NCBI GenBank assembly: GCA_023269035.1
Contig: JAHFMJ010000002.1
Location: forward strand, 12,671 to 76,670
Length of the DNA: 64,000 nt
Source of the DNA: Candidatus Kaiserbacteria bacterium
GTDB taxonomy: Bacteria; Patescibacteriota; Minisyncoccia; Phycocordibacterales; Phycocordibacteraceae
Direction of reading: 5' to 3'
Under the pieces are notes generated by a model that was not told where the DNA came from, did no database searches, and saw nothing but the letters and a program-made list of their open reading frames with translations. The position numbers and the translations under genes were made by a program. Each line of letters begins with the position of its first letter. The stretch's first letter is position 1. Below, in pieces: positions 41,669-50,582 of the stretch.

Positions 41669-42091
41669 CTAGAGTTTGAAGTGCGCGGTTGAGTTGAACG
41701 TACGGTAGTCGACCGTCAGCTCTTCTCCTTTTTTTATATCACGCGAAGCGACGAACGTGTCGCCTTCGTCATGTGTCACGAGGTTTGGCTTACGGGAATG
41801 GTTGAGGAAATACGACTTATCCATGGCTTCCAGCCCGAAATCAGGCACGTAATACGCACCATCCTGGAGGGCGCAGAAATCACGCACCATGTCCTTTGCC
41901 TCCTTCGGTGCGTCTATCGCGTCGAGTTCTTTGACCGAAATGCGGAAGGTCCGCTTGCCGCTCTTGCAGTGTTTGAAAGGGGCGGTGCCTTTCGGCATCC
42001 GGCGTACAGCGACGACCCCGACCCCGTGCTTCGTTATGCCGATCCGGCAGTACACGTCGGAGAGCGAGCGGAGGAACTCTTGCTTGTTCAT
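41669..42091 (-). CDS. SET-domain protein (putative lysine methyltransferase), 140 aa
   Basis: It is the C-terminal part of the long antisense ORF 41669-43423, starting from MNKQEFL…. SET signatures are present: GVGVVAVRRMPKGT, YFLNHSRKPNLV (an NHSCxPN-like motif with Cys replaced by Arg) and GEELTVDYRTF. Its stop lies 4 nt from the tRNA-Leu 3' end. Confidence 0.6.
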   Translation of the reverse strand: MNKQEFLRSLSDVYCRIGITKHGVGVVAVRRMPKGTAPFKHCKSGKRTFRISVKELDAIDAPKEAKDMVRDFCALQDGAYYVPDFGLEAMDKSYFLNHSRKPNLVTHDEGDTFVASRDIKKGEELTVDYRTFNSTAHFKL

Positions 42092-42133
42092 GAGGTGATA
42101 TTCTACTATGATTCTTTCTATACCAGAAAACCA

Positions 42134-43450
42134 ATGAACGGAGATACCACTACCGACCACAAAAGACGTTTCCTCTTCGTGTCCTACGAGAACTGCGCGA
42201 GCGATATCGCCTGGCAGGTGGCTAAGGAGGGGAACGAGGTGAAGTTCTATATCGCGAGCAAGGACGACCAGGATGTCGGCGAAGGTTTTTTCGAAAAGGT
42301 CCAGGATTGGAAGGCCGAGGTCGCGTGGGCCGATGTCATCGTGTTCGACGACGTGTTCGGCTTCGGCAACTCCGCAAGCCAGCTGCGCAAGCAGGGGAAG
42401 CTGGTCGTTGGCGGTACCGCCTATACCGACCAGCTCGAGATAGACCGTTCCTTCGGCCAGAGCGAGCTCAAGCGGCTCGGCGTCCCCATACTTAACTATC
42501 AGGAGTTCACCGATTTCGATGCCGGCATTCAGTACGTCAAAGAGCATCCGGATGCCTACGTGATCAAGCCCTCCGGCGCGGCACAGAACCACAAACAGCT
42601 CCTTTTCGTGGGCCAGGAAGATGACGGCGCCGACGTCGTACGTACCCTTGAGGCATATAAGAAGGTCTGGGCGAAACAGATAAAGGTGTTCCAGCTCCAG
42701 AAAAAGGTCTTGGGCGTCGAGATAGCTGTCGGCGCGTTCTTCAACGGTAACCGCTTCATAACCCCGATCAACGTCAACTTCGAGCACAAGAACCTCTTTC
42801 CCGGAAACGTCGGCCCGCCGACCGGGGAGATGGGCACGAGCATGTTCTGGAGCTCGCCGAACAAACTCTTCAACGCAACCCTTAAGAAATTCGAGGAGAA
42901 GCTCGCTGAAGAGAAGTACGTCGGCTACATCGACCTCAATTGCATCGTCAACGGATACGGCATCTACCCGCTCGAGTTTACCGCACGCTTCGGCTACCCG
43001 ACCATCCAGATACAGCAGGAAGGCATGATGATGCCGACTGGCGAGCTGCTCTACATGCTTGCCTCGGGCGCCGACTTCGAGCTCAAGACTAAGAAAGGCT
43101 TTCAGGTCGGTGTCGCGCTTGTCGTTGCACCGTACCCGTACGAGGATAAGCGCATCTTCGACGCCTATTCGAAAGATACGACCATCGTGTTCAAGAAGCC
43201 TAACCAGCTTGAGGGTGTGCACATATCCGAAGTGCGCATGGTGAACGGCGAGTGGGTTGCCGCAGGATTTACCGGCTATCTCATCGTCGTCGTCGGCACC
43301 GGGCAGACGATGAAGCAGGCACAACAGCAGGCCTACAGCAGGGTGCAGAACATACTGATACCGAACATGTACTACCGGACCGACATTGGTGATAGGTGGT
43401 TCGAGGACTCCGACAAACTCCACAACTGGGGGTATCTCCGCGAGTCCTAA
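42134..43450 (+). CDS. purD: phosphoribosylamine--glycine ligase-like ATP-grasp enzyme
   Basis: The tracked ORF 41771-43450 has a non-protein-like N-terminus that is antisense to the SET gene. It was trimmed to the ATG at 42134. The ATP-grasp core and the block YPLEFTARFGYPTIQI match the PurD motif LEFNxRFGDPETQ. About 438 aa. Confidence 0.7.
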   Translation: MNGDTTTDHKRRFLFVSYENCASDIAWQVAKEGNEVKFYIASKDDQDVGEGFFEKVQDWKAEVAWADVIVFDDVFGFGNSASQLRKQGKLVVGGTAYTDQLEIDRSFGQSELKRLGVPILNYQEFTDFDAGIQYVKEHPDAYVIKPSGAAQNHKQLLFVGQEDDGADVVRTLEAYKKVWAKQIKVFQLQKKVLGVEIAVGAFFNGNRFITPINVNFEHKNLFPGNVGPPTGEMGTSMFWSSPNKLFNATLKKFEEKLAEEKYVGYIDLNCIVNGYGIYPLEFTARFGYPTIQIQQEGMMMPTGELLYMLASGADFELKTKKGFQVGVALVVAPYPYEDKRIFDAYSKDTTIVFKKPNQLEGVHISEVRMVNGEWVAAGFTGYLIVVVGTGQTMKQAQQQAYSRVQNILIPNMYYRTDIGDRWFEDSDKLHNWGYLRES

Positions 43451-43458
43451 CTGCCTTC

Positions 43459-44148
43459 ATGAACATCAAGCCTGTCAAAACCCGTACCTTTAAGGAAGGA
43501 GAAAACCTATCGTCTTTCATCGCGCGCTACATCAAAAAGGTTCCTGAACGCTCCGTGCTCGTTATCAGCTCCAAGGTGGTTGCGCTCGCGGAGGGCCGCA
43601 CTGCGCCGCTCTCGCAGAGAGCGGCGCTTATAAAGAGCGAGAGCGACCCGCGCTTCAAGGTTAACGACCCATGGTTCACGGTCAAAGACGGCATGGTGAT
43701 GGCCGCCGCCGGTATCGACGAGTCAAACGCAGACGGCAAGCTCATACTCCTTCCGAAGGATAGTTATAGTTCGGCCGTGGTGCTTCGGAAAGCTTTGCAA
43801 AAAAATTATAAAGTTAAATATCTTGGCGTTGTCATCGCGGACTCCTCCTTTATGCCGATGCGCTCAGGGGCTCTTGCTGCTGCGGTTGGCTACGCGGGTT
43901 TTAAAGGCCTGCGCGATTATCGCGGAAAGAAGGACATCTTCGGAAGAAAGCTCAAAGTCTCGTGGACGAATGTCGCAGATTCTCTCGCAACCGCCGCAAC
44001 CTTAGTGATGGGCGAAGGGGACGAGCGACAGCCACTTGCGCTTATCACCGACGCCCCGGTTCAATTTGTTGAGAAGGTGAATAAAAAGGAGCTTCGCATG
44101 CCGCCAAAAGGCGACATGTACGCGAAGCTCATAAGAAGCAGAAAATAG
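43459..44148 (+). CDS. CofE-family (F420-0:gamma-glutamyl ligase-like) protein
   Basis: Aligns block-by-block with archaeal CofE: VLVISSKVVALAEGR versus VLVVCSTVISKAEGR, AAAGIDESNADGKLILLPKD versus NAGIDASNVEEGSLLLPPLD, and …LGVVIADSSFMPMRSG…GRKLKVSWTNVADSLATAATLVMGEGDERQPLALI. The start was trimmed to the ATG at 43459. Confidence 0.7.
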   Translation: MNIKPVKTRTFKEGENLSSFIARYIKKVPERSVLVISSKVVALAEGRTAPLSQRAALIKSESDPRFKVNDPWFTVKDGMVMAAAGIDESNADGKLILLPKDSYSSAVVLRKALQKNYKVKYLGVVIADSSFMPMRSGALAAAVGYAGFKGLRDYRGKKDIFGRKLKVSWTNVADSLATAATLVMGEGDERQPLALITDAPVQFVEKVNKKELRMPPKGDMYAKLIRSRK

Positions 44149-45479
44149 TGCTCCGAGGTACAATACCGAATATGAAGGAATGGAAACCGCTTGCCAAGCG
44201 TTTTATCTTCGAGCGTTTTGACATTGAACCCGAGAACGGCCGTATTGCTTTTGTGTATACGACGGATGCAGGACATTCTTTCACCCATGAACTCAGCTAT
44301 GACTTTCCCAAAAATGTGAACGTACAAGAGCTCATCCCAGCGGCTTTTGCGCTCGGCATGGCAGAGCTCGCGCATTTTTGGAAAGCGACCCTTGCTCCGG
44401 AGATTCTCGTGAAAGCGGGCGCACTTTCCAAAGACCAAATCGCGTTCTGGGAAAATCTTTACACCAAAGGGCTCGGTGAGTTTTTTTATGTCAATCAGAT
44501 AGATTTTCGCGGTCTGATACAGATAGCTAGCGCTCCGAAGGTGCCGGAAATTCGACCCGCGGGAGGCACTCGGGCGCCAAATCGTGCGCTGGTCCCCTTT
44601 GGCGGCGGTAAAGACTCCTTGGTCACGGGGGAGATGCTTAAGAAGCAAGAAAAAGGGTTTTCGTGGTTCGAGCTTGAACCACTGCCTTTCGGAAAAAAAC
44701 TACGAGAAATATCAGGCGTTACCACATGCGTGAGCATGGGCCGTAACGTGGCGAGGAACTTTGCTTCCATTATGGATCTTGTTCGACAAGGAGCCCCGAA
44801 CGGCCACGTACCCATTACAGCGACCTATATGTTTAGTGCCGCCTTTGTTGCGCAGGCGGAGGGTTTCTCCGATATCGTGATGTCGCTCGAGAGGAGTGCA
44901 GACGTCGGGAATGTTGAGTACCTCGGTCAGATGGTGAATCATCAGTATTCGAAAAGTCTTGAGTTTGAAATCATGGCGGCAGAGTATATCCGCACCTATA
45001 TCAACCCCGATCTGCGGCTCTTCTCGCTCCTGCGACCGCTCTATGAGATACAGATAGCGCAGGAGTTCGCAAAGCACTCCGAATATTTCTCCTCCTTCAT
45101 CTCTTGCAACCGCGGCCTTAAGACAGGTACTTGGTGCGGAGAATGTGCAAAATGCGCTTTCATGTTCGCGGCGCTCTCGGCATTTCTCCCACCTCAGACG
45201 GTTGTTGGTATCTTTAAAAAGAACCTCTTTGAGGACACGCTGCTTCTACCACTGTATACCGATATGATAGGCCTTGGCAGTATGAAGCCGTTCGACTGTG
45301 TCGGCACGTTTGAAGAAAATCTCCTCGCGCTCTTTCTCTCGGGAGAACAGTATAAGAAAGTAGGCATGTCACTACCGGCCATCCTCATGCAATTGCCAAT
45401 TGCAAAGGGCGGAGAGCACACAGGATTGCTTACCGAACGCGGCGACCACCGCATCCCGAAAGAGTATAGGTATGAATAG
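44148..45479 (+). CDS. PP-loop ATP pyrophosphatase-family protein with QueC-like core and extra N- and C-terminal domains; candidate MurL-type (UDP-MurNAc-L-Ala-L-Glu) epimerase
   Basis: 443 aa. A PP-loop SGGxDS-type motif (LVPFGGGKDSLV) sits at about residue 155. A QueC-like zinc motif C-x9-C-x2-C-x2-C (SCNRGLKTGTWCGECAKCA) sits at about residue 330. The start codon (GTG at 44148 or ATG at 44172) abuts or overlaps the CofE-like stop, and the 3' end overlaps the murD start by 8 nt. The gene itself is confident. The functional call is a hypothesis. Confidence 0.45.
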   Translation: MLRGTIPNMKEWKPLAKRFIFERFDIEPENGRIAFVYTTDAGHSFTHELSYDFPKNVNVQELIPAAFALGMAELAHFWKATLAPEILVKAGALSKDQIAFWENLYTKGLGEFFYVNQIDFRGLIQIASAPKVPEIRPAGGTRAPNRALVPFGGGKDSLVTGEMLKKQEKGFSWFELEPLPFGKKLREISGVTTCVSMGRNVARNFASIMDLVRQGAPNGHVPITATYMFSAAFVAQAEGFSDIVMSLERSADVGNVEYLGQMVNHQYSKSLEFEIMAAEYIRTYINPDLRLFSLLRPLYEIQIAQEFAKHSEYFSSFISCNRGLKTGTWCGECAKCAFMFAALSAFLPPQTVVGIFKKNLFEDTLLLPLYTDMIGLGSMKPFDCVGTFEENLLALFLSGEQYKKVGMSLPAILMQLPIAKGGEHTGLLTERGDHRIPKEYRYE

Positions 45480-46656
45480 TTTAAAGAAAATTGCGATTGC
45501 CGGGTTCGGTATGGAGGGGAGAGCACTCTATGAGTATCTCAAGGGGAGCGCCGAACTGCATATCTTTGACGAGCGTCAGGTGTCTGTAGAAGGAATTAAT
45601 GCAACCCTTCACCAGGACCTCTCTATTCCATCGGACTTTGATGTCGTCTATAAAAGCCCCGGCATCCCGACACATAAGCTCCTGCTCGAGTCACCCCATA
45701 CCCACATCTCAACCCTCATGGACATCGTCTTGGAGAAAGTGGGCGAGAGGGCAATAGGCGTTACGGGCACTAAAGGCAAGAGCACCGTTGCTTCCCTGAT
45801 CTACCACATTCTTCATGAGGCGGGGAAAAATGTTGAACTCTTCGGCAACATAGGTGTTGCCGACATGAATATTTTAAAGACTGACTCATCATCGCGTATC
45901 TACGTCATTGAACTCTCAAGCTATCAGTGCGAACACATCACTCATTCCCCGCATATCGCGGTTCTTACGAATCTGTATGAAGAACACCTTTCTCATCACG
46001 GTTCTTTCGAGGCATATCGCGATGCGAAGATGAACATCACGAAATTCCAAAAACAAGACGATGTTTTTATACAAGGAGATGAACTCCCCGTGGCACAGCC
46101 TTTCGAGACGAAACTCCTCGGTGCTCATAATCAAAAGAACTGCGCTATCGCACTTGCTGCGGCAGAGATTTTTGGTGTCTCTGAAGTAGAGGCGCGCAAG
46201 CACATTGCAACCTTTAACCCCCTTCCGTATCGTCTGGAGAAGGTCGGCGAATACGGGGGAATTACTTTCTACGACGACTCGCTCGCAACTATTCCCCAGG
46301 CGACACTCGCGTCGATAGCGGCGCTCCCACGGGTCGATACTATTATTCTTGGCGGCGAAGACCGGGGAATCTCATTCGACGCGTTTGCAGAAGCGCTGGC
46401 CAAAACCGCGATTGCCACGTTTATTATTTTTCCTGATACAGGAGGAAAAATGCTCTCAGAACTCAAAGATCGCAGAACCGTGCCCGTTTCTTCAATGGAA
46501 GAAGCGGTTAAAGCCGCATATGCTCACACGCCTGTGGGCGGCACTGTACTCCTCTCGAATGCATCTCCGAGTTTTAACCTCTTTAAGGATTATAAAGACA
46601 AGAGTGCACAATACCGAAAATGGATTCAATCCTTCGGATCAACTGCTAAGCTTTAA
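45472..46656 (+). CDS. murD: UDP-N-acetylmuramoyl-L-alanine--glutamate ligase (MurD or MurD2-type)
   Basis: Mur ligase architecture. N-terminus IAIAGFGMEGRALYEYL, P-loop GVTGTKGKSTVASLIYHIL, and a C-terminal domain. The start was trimmed to the ATG at 45472. Confidence 0.8.
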   Translation: MNSLKKIAIAGFGMEGRALYEYLKGSAELHIFDERQVSVEGINATLHQDLSIPSDFDVVYKSPGIPTHKLLLESPHTHISTLMDIVLEKVGERAIGVTGTKGKSTVASLIYHILHEAGKNVELFGNIGVADMNILKTDSSSRIYVIELSSYQCEHITHSPHIAVLTNLYEEHLSHHGSFEAYRDAKMNITKFQKQDDVFIQGDELPVAQPFETKLLGAHNQKNCAIALAAAEIFGVSEVEARKHIATFNPLPYRLEKVGEYGGITFYDDSLATIPQATLASIAALPRVDTIILGGEDRGISFDAFAEALAKTAIATFIIFPDTGGKMLSELKDRRTVPVSSMEEAVKAAYAHTPVGGTVLLSNASPSFNLFKDYKDKSAQYRKWIQSFGSTAKL

Positions 46657-46660
46657 CTAT

Positions 46661-47581
46661 ATGTCTCGCGTCTACGACAAGGCGTTCTTCGGCTCAGCTA
46701 TCGTGCCAATAGACCAGGCAACGTTGAATGTCACCACCTCTGCAGTGCTTTATGGTCTGAGCATCTACACCGTCTTTCCGGTCTGCGTTACTGGAAAAGG
46801 CCTCAGGGCGTTCCGGCTCAAAGAGCACTTCAAGCGACTCCTGGATTCTGCGCGCATCATCGGCATCGATACGTTCGAGAAAGAATGGACTGAAGCAAAA
46901 TTTATCGACGCAGTGCAACAGACGGTTTCCGCGAACGCTCCGCACGAAGATGTGTTTGTCCGGGCGACAGTGCACGTTAACGAGCGCGTGCCCGGCACGC
47001 GCTCGCGCGGACTCGCAACGGTGTTGAGCATCTTTCTCTATGAGGCGGCGCCTATAATCCCGCAGGATGGCGCGCGCCTCAAGACCAGCGTATGGCGGCG
47101 CGTCCCCGACTACGCCATCCCCTCGCGTGCGAAAGTGAATGGCGCGTACGTCAACTCGGTCTTGGCGAAGCAGGACGCGCTCGACAGCGGCTATGACGAT
47201 TGTATCTTTCTCGACACGGAAGGGCATGTGTGCGAACTCTCCGCAGCAAACATCTTTCTCGTTCGCGGTGGCACTCTCATCACTCCCGGGACCGGAAGCG
47301 ACATACTCGAGGGCATCAATCGCCGCACAGTCATTGAGATCGCCCGGTCGACCGGTATCGCGCTCGAGGAGCGCACGGTCGACCTTACCGAGCTCTACGT
47401 CGCGGACGAGGTCTTTGCCTGCGGCACCTCGTCCTTCATCGCACCGATCAAAGAGATAGATGCTCGTACTATAGGCACAGGTCTGATGGGCCCTCTCACG
47501 GCGCGATTGAGGGAAAAACATACGCGCATCCTTCACGGTGAGGATCCAGAATATGCTAACCTTCTGACCCCACTACCATGA
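46661..47581 (+). CDS. class IV aminotransferase (D-amino-acid or branched-chain aminotransferase)
   Basis: Fold-type IV signatures (…FRLKEHFKRLLDSARIIGI…, …GAYVNSVLAKQDALDSGYDDCIFLDTEGHVCELSAANIFLVRGGTLITP…). The start was trimmed to the ATG at 46661. Confidence 0.75.
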   Translation: MSRVYDKAFFGSAIVPIDQATLNVTTSAVLYGLSIYTVFPVCVTGKGLRAFRLKEHFKRLLDSARIIGIDTFEKEWTEAKFIDAVQQTVSANAPHEDVFVRATVHVNERVPGTRSRGLATVLSIFLYEAAPIIPQDGARLKTSVWRRVPDYAIPSRAKVNGAYVNSVLAKQDALDSGYDDCIFLDTEGHVCELSAANIFLVRGGTLITPGTGSDILEGINRRTVIEIARSTGIALEERTVDLTELYVADEVFACGTSSFIAPIKEIDARTIGTGLMGPLTARLREKHTRILHGEDPEYANLLTPLP

Positions 47582-48432
47582 TAAGCAAAGGGTTTTCATA
47601 CGCCTTTCTTGGCGCGCTCGCCTGGTCGGGCGCGATACTCTGCACCAGGCTTGTTCTTCAGAGCGGCGAGAACCTGTACAACGTCATTTTTTGGGCGGTG
47701 CTTTTCAGTTTTCCCTTTTGGCTGTTGCGTTTTACTCGGCACACCAGCGAACTTAAAGCCCTGACAAAAAAGGATTATCTGATTTTACTCGCCATGACGC
47801 TCGTCAGCACGCTCGGCGCGTCATTGGTCGAATTCTTTGCGCTTAAATACACCCCGGCCGTTAACTACTCCTTTTTGATCAGGACCGTCATCCCTTTCAC
47901 GTTCATATTTGCCTTTTTCGTTCTCGGGGAAAAATTTACTTTCAAGAAGATATTCATCGCGTCCGTATTGCTTATCGGTGCCTATCTTCTTGCCACCAAT
48001 GGCAAGGCCCTCTCGCTTTCTCTCGGCGATTTTCTGACGATTTTTGAAGCCATGCTTATTGCTCTCGGCAATAACACGCTCGGCAAGCTCGCGAGCAGCC
48101 GCATGAGCACGGGATTGAACACCTCCGCGATATTTCTCATAGGTTTTTTACCAGCCATCGTTATCATGTCTATATTCGGTACGATCCACTGGCCGCAGAG
48201 CATTCTTTTTATAGTTCTCATCGCGCTTTGCAATATTCTCCTCGCTCAATTTCGATTTACCGCTTACAAAAATACTTCGGCCGCCGTTGTCACGATGGTC
48301 TTTTCCTTTACCCCGGTATTTGTATCTTTGCTGGCCATTCCTTTTCTTGGAGAATCTCTCTCGGTAATCCAGATAGTTGGTGGGGTGTTGATAGTTGCCG
48401 GAGGTGTTTTAGTTGAAGCATTAAAAGTGTAA
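47578..48432 (+). CDS. DMT/EamA-family membrane transporter
   Basis: 284 aa with about ten TM helices in two EamA-like halves. Confidence 0.65.
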   Translation: MISKGFSYAFLGALAWSGAILCTRLVLQSGENLYNVIFWAVLFSFPFWLLRFTRHTSELKALTKKDYLILLAMTLVSTLGASLVEFFALKYTPAVNYSFLIRTVIPFTFIFAFFVLGEKFTFKKIFIASVLLIGAYLLATNGKALSLSLGDFLTIFEAMLIALGNNTLGKLASSRMSTGLNTSAIFLIGFLPAIVIMSIFGTIHWPQSILFIVLIALCNILLAQFRFTAYKNTSAAVVTMVFSFTPVFVSLLAIPFLGESLSVIQIVGGVLIVAGGVLVEALKV

Positions 48433-48442
48433 GCTGGGTTTT

Positions 48443-49654
48443 ATGCGCATCCACATGATCGGCATCGGGGGAATAGGCATGAGCGCGCTCGCGCAGCTTT
48501 ACGTGCATGAAGGTACGCACGTGAGCGGGTCGGATAAGGAGGCGTCGCCGACCACCCAGCTTTTAGAGAAGAAAGGAGTGCACGTTTCCATAGGCCAGAA
48601 GGCCGAGAACGTACCGACGGATGTTGATCTGGTCGTCTACTCAGACGCGGTGTGGAATGATAATCCTGAGCGGATGCGCGCCAAAGAGCTCGGATTGAAG
48701 GAGATTTCTTATTTCGAAGCGCTCGGCGGGGTGGCAAAGGGGAAGAGGACGATTGCGGTCACCGGGACGCATGGCAAGACGACAACGAGCGCGCTCATCG
48801 CAAAAATACTAAAAGACGCCGGCAAGGAGCCGACAGCTATCATCGGGAGTATCGTGCCCGAATTCGGAAGCAATTTTCTTGCCGGGAAGAGCGACATCTT
48901 TGTCGTCGAGGCGTGCGAGTACCGGAACCACTTTCTCCGCTTCCACCCCGACATCCTCGTCGTCACGAACATGGAGTGGGACCATACTGATTTCTTTAAA
49001 AGTTTTGATGAGATGAAAAAAGCTTTCGAGGAGGCACGCGGTCAGGCAAAGACAGTCATTGATGCAGGCGTTTACAAAAGTGAGACAGTACCTGTGCTCC
49101 AGCTCATCGGGGATTTCAATATGATGAACGCGCGCGCCGCGAAGGCCGCCGTACGAGCGGCATTCCCTGATATCCCCGACCCAGCGATCGATTCTTCCCT
49201 TGCGGCGTTTACCGGAACCTGGAGAAGGTTTGAAATAAAAGGCGCGACCGAAGAAGGCGCTCTTGTCGTCGACGATTACGCTCACCATCCGGGCGCGATC
49301 TCGGCGACTCTGAAAGCCGCACGTGAAAAGTTTCCTGACAAAACGCTTGTCGTCGCGTTCCATCCCCACCTCTATAGCCGGACGCGCGACCTCATGGAGG
49401 ATTTTGCGAAAGCGTTTACGGACGCGGATGAAGTTTTGTTGGCACCGATCTACCCGGCCCGCGAAGAGCCGATAGAGGGGGTTACGAGCGAGGCGTTGGC
49501 AAAAAGAATCGTGGCAAACGGAAAACATGCCGAAGCGCTCCCGTCGCTCGATGCGGTCGAGGCGGAACTGAAAGCACGCAGCGCGCCTGAGACCGTACTT
49601 ATCACGATGGGCGCAGGAGACATTTATAAAGTTGCCGATGCTCTCATAAAATAA
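48443..49654 (+). CDS. murC: UDP-N-acetylmuramate--L-alanine ligase
   Basis: IHMIGIGGIGMSALAQLYVHEGTHVSGSD and the P-loop IAVTGTHGKTTTSALIAKIL match the MurC pattern. At 403 aa it is rather short. Confidence 0.75.
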   Translation: MRIHMIGIGGIGMSALAQLYVHEGTHVSGSDKEASPTTQLLEKKGVHVSIGQKAENVPTDVDLVVYSDAVWNDNPERMRAKELGLKEISYFEALGGVAKGKRTIAVTGTHGKTTTSALIAKILKDAGKEPTAIIGSIVPEFGSNFLAGKSDIFVVEACEYRNHFLRFHPDILVVTNMEWDHTDFFKSFDEMKKAFEEARGQAKTVIDAGVYKSETVPVLQLIGDFNMMNARAAKAAVRAAFPDIPDPAIDSSLAAFTGTWRRFEIKGATEEGALVVDDYAHHPGAISATLKAAREKFPDKTLVVAFHPHLYSRTRDLMEDFAKAFTDADEVLLAPIYPAREEPIEGVTSEALAKRIVANGKHAEALPSLDAVEAELKARSAPETVLITMGAGDIYKVADALIK

Positions 49655-49655
49655 T

Positions 49656-50330
49656 ATGGGAACACTATTTGTCGTAGCGACGCCGATAGGGAATTTGGGA
49701 GACATCACCCTCCGGGCTCTTGAGACATTGAAAGATGTTGACCGCATCGCCGCAGAGGATACACGCGTAACGGCAAAGCTGCTCGCCCACTATGGGATAC
49801 GAAAGCCGCTTATCTCGCTCCGCGCCCGCTCAACCCGCGCGGCATTCGAAAAAGTCGTTGCGCTTATAGAGGATGGCGAAAAAATCGCCTATGTCACCGA
49901 CGCAGGCACCCCGGGTATTTCTGATCCTGGCGCTCTCCTGGTGTCCCTCGTCCGCGAGAAGCTCGGTGAGAAGGCGGTCATTGTTATTCCGGGAGTGTCC
50001 GCGGTGACAGCGGCGCTCTCCGTCGCCGGCATACCTGCCGACGATTTCATATTCTTAGGCTTTTTGCCGCATAAGAAGGGCCGGCAAAAGCTCTTGGACG
50101 AGATTTCGCTCATGAAGCGCAGTGTCGTCCTTTACGAGTCGCCGCATCGCATCGAAAAGCTCCTCGCAGAGCTTTTCGATAGGGTTCCTCAACGACAGAT
50201 CGTCATTGCCCGTGAGATCACCAAACTGTATGAGCAGATAGCGTCAGGAACCGTGGCCGAAATCAGCGAACGGATGAAGAAAGGAGATATCCCCGTAAGG
50301 GGCGAGTTTGTGGTCATCTTGGGGCGCTGA
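49656..50330 (+). CDS. rsmI: 16S rRNA (cytidine1402-2'-O)-methyltransferase
   Basis: MGTLFVVATPIGNLGDITLRALETLKDVDRIAAEDTR… is the tetrapyrrole-methylase-fold RsmI signature. Confidence 0.85.
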   Translation: MGTLFVVATPIGNLGDITLRALETLKDVDRIAAEDTRVTAKLLAHYGIRKPLISLRARSTRAAFEKVVALIEDGEKIAYVTDAGTPGISDPGALLVSLVREKLGEKAVIVIPGVSAVTAALSVAGIPADDFIFLGFLPHKKGRQKLLDEISLMKRSVVLYESPHRIEKLLAELFDRVPQRQIVIAREITKLYEQIASGTVAEISERMKKGDIPVRGEFVVILGR

Positions 50331-50342
50331 TACAATAGCAAG

Positions 50343-50582
50343 ATGTCAAAAGGGTCGGCGATCATCGTCCTTGGTCTTCTTTCGGCTTTTATACCGTTCA
50401 CTGGTTTTGGAGCGCTCGTCAAGGTCCTCGCGGTGCTCTTTGGATTCCTTATCATGGGTCTCGGGTTCTTGGTGCGGCAAGAGAGGCTTTGGCTCCTGCG
50501 CTCTCTCTCGGGAGAACATAAAACTGATGCATACACAGAAAACACTGCACCACAAAGCGGCACATCACATCAAGAAGCTTAA
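50343..50582 (+). CDS. hypothetical small two-TM membrane protein (79 aa)
   Basis: MSKGSAIIVLGLLSAFIPFTGFGALVKVLAVLFGFLIMGLGFLV… Its 3' end overlaps the start region of the next ORF in another frame. Confidence 0.35.
   Translation: MSKGSAIIVLGLLSAFIPFTGFGALVKVLAVLFGFLIMGLGFLVRQERLWLLRSLSGEHKTDAYTENTAPQSGTSHQEA

Noticed and set aside
41669-43423. 584-aa minus-strand ORF spanning purD
   Set aside because: Only its last 140 aa (41669-42091) form a protein-like SET domain. The rest is R/H/L-rich antisense of the high-GC purD gene, so it is a shadow ORF.
50308-50526. N-terminal 73 codons of tracked ORF 50308-51612
   Set aside because: The Ser/Arg/Cys-rich composition is not protein-like and overlaps the rsmI end. 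It was trimmed to the ATG at 50527, which precedes a TM anchor.
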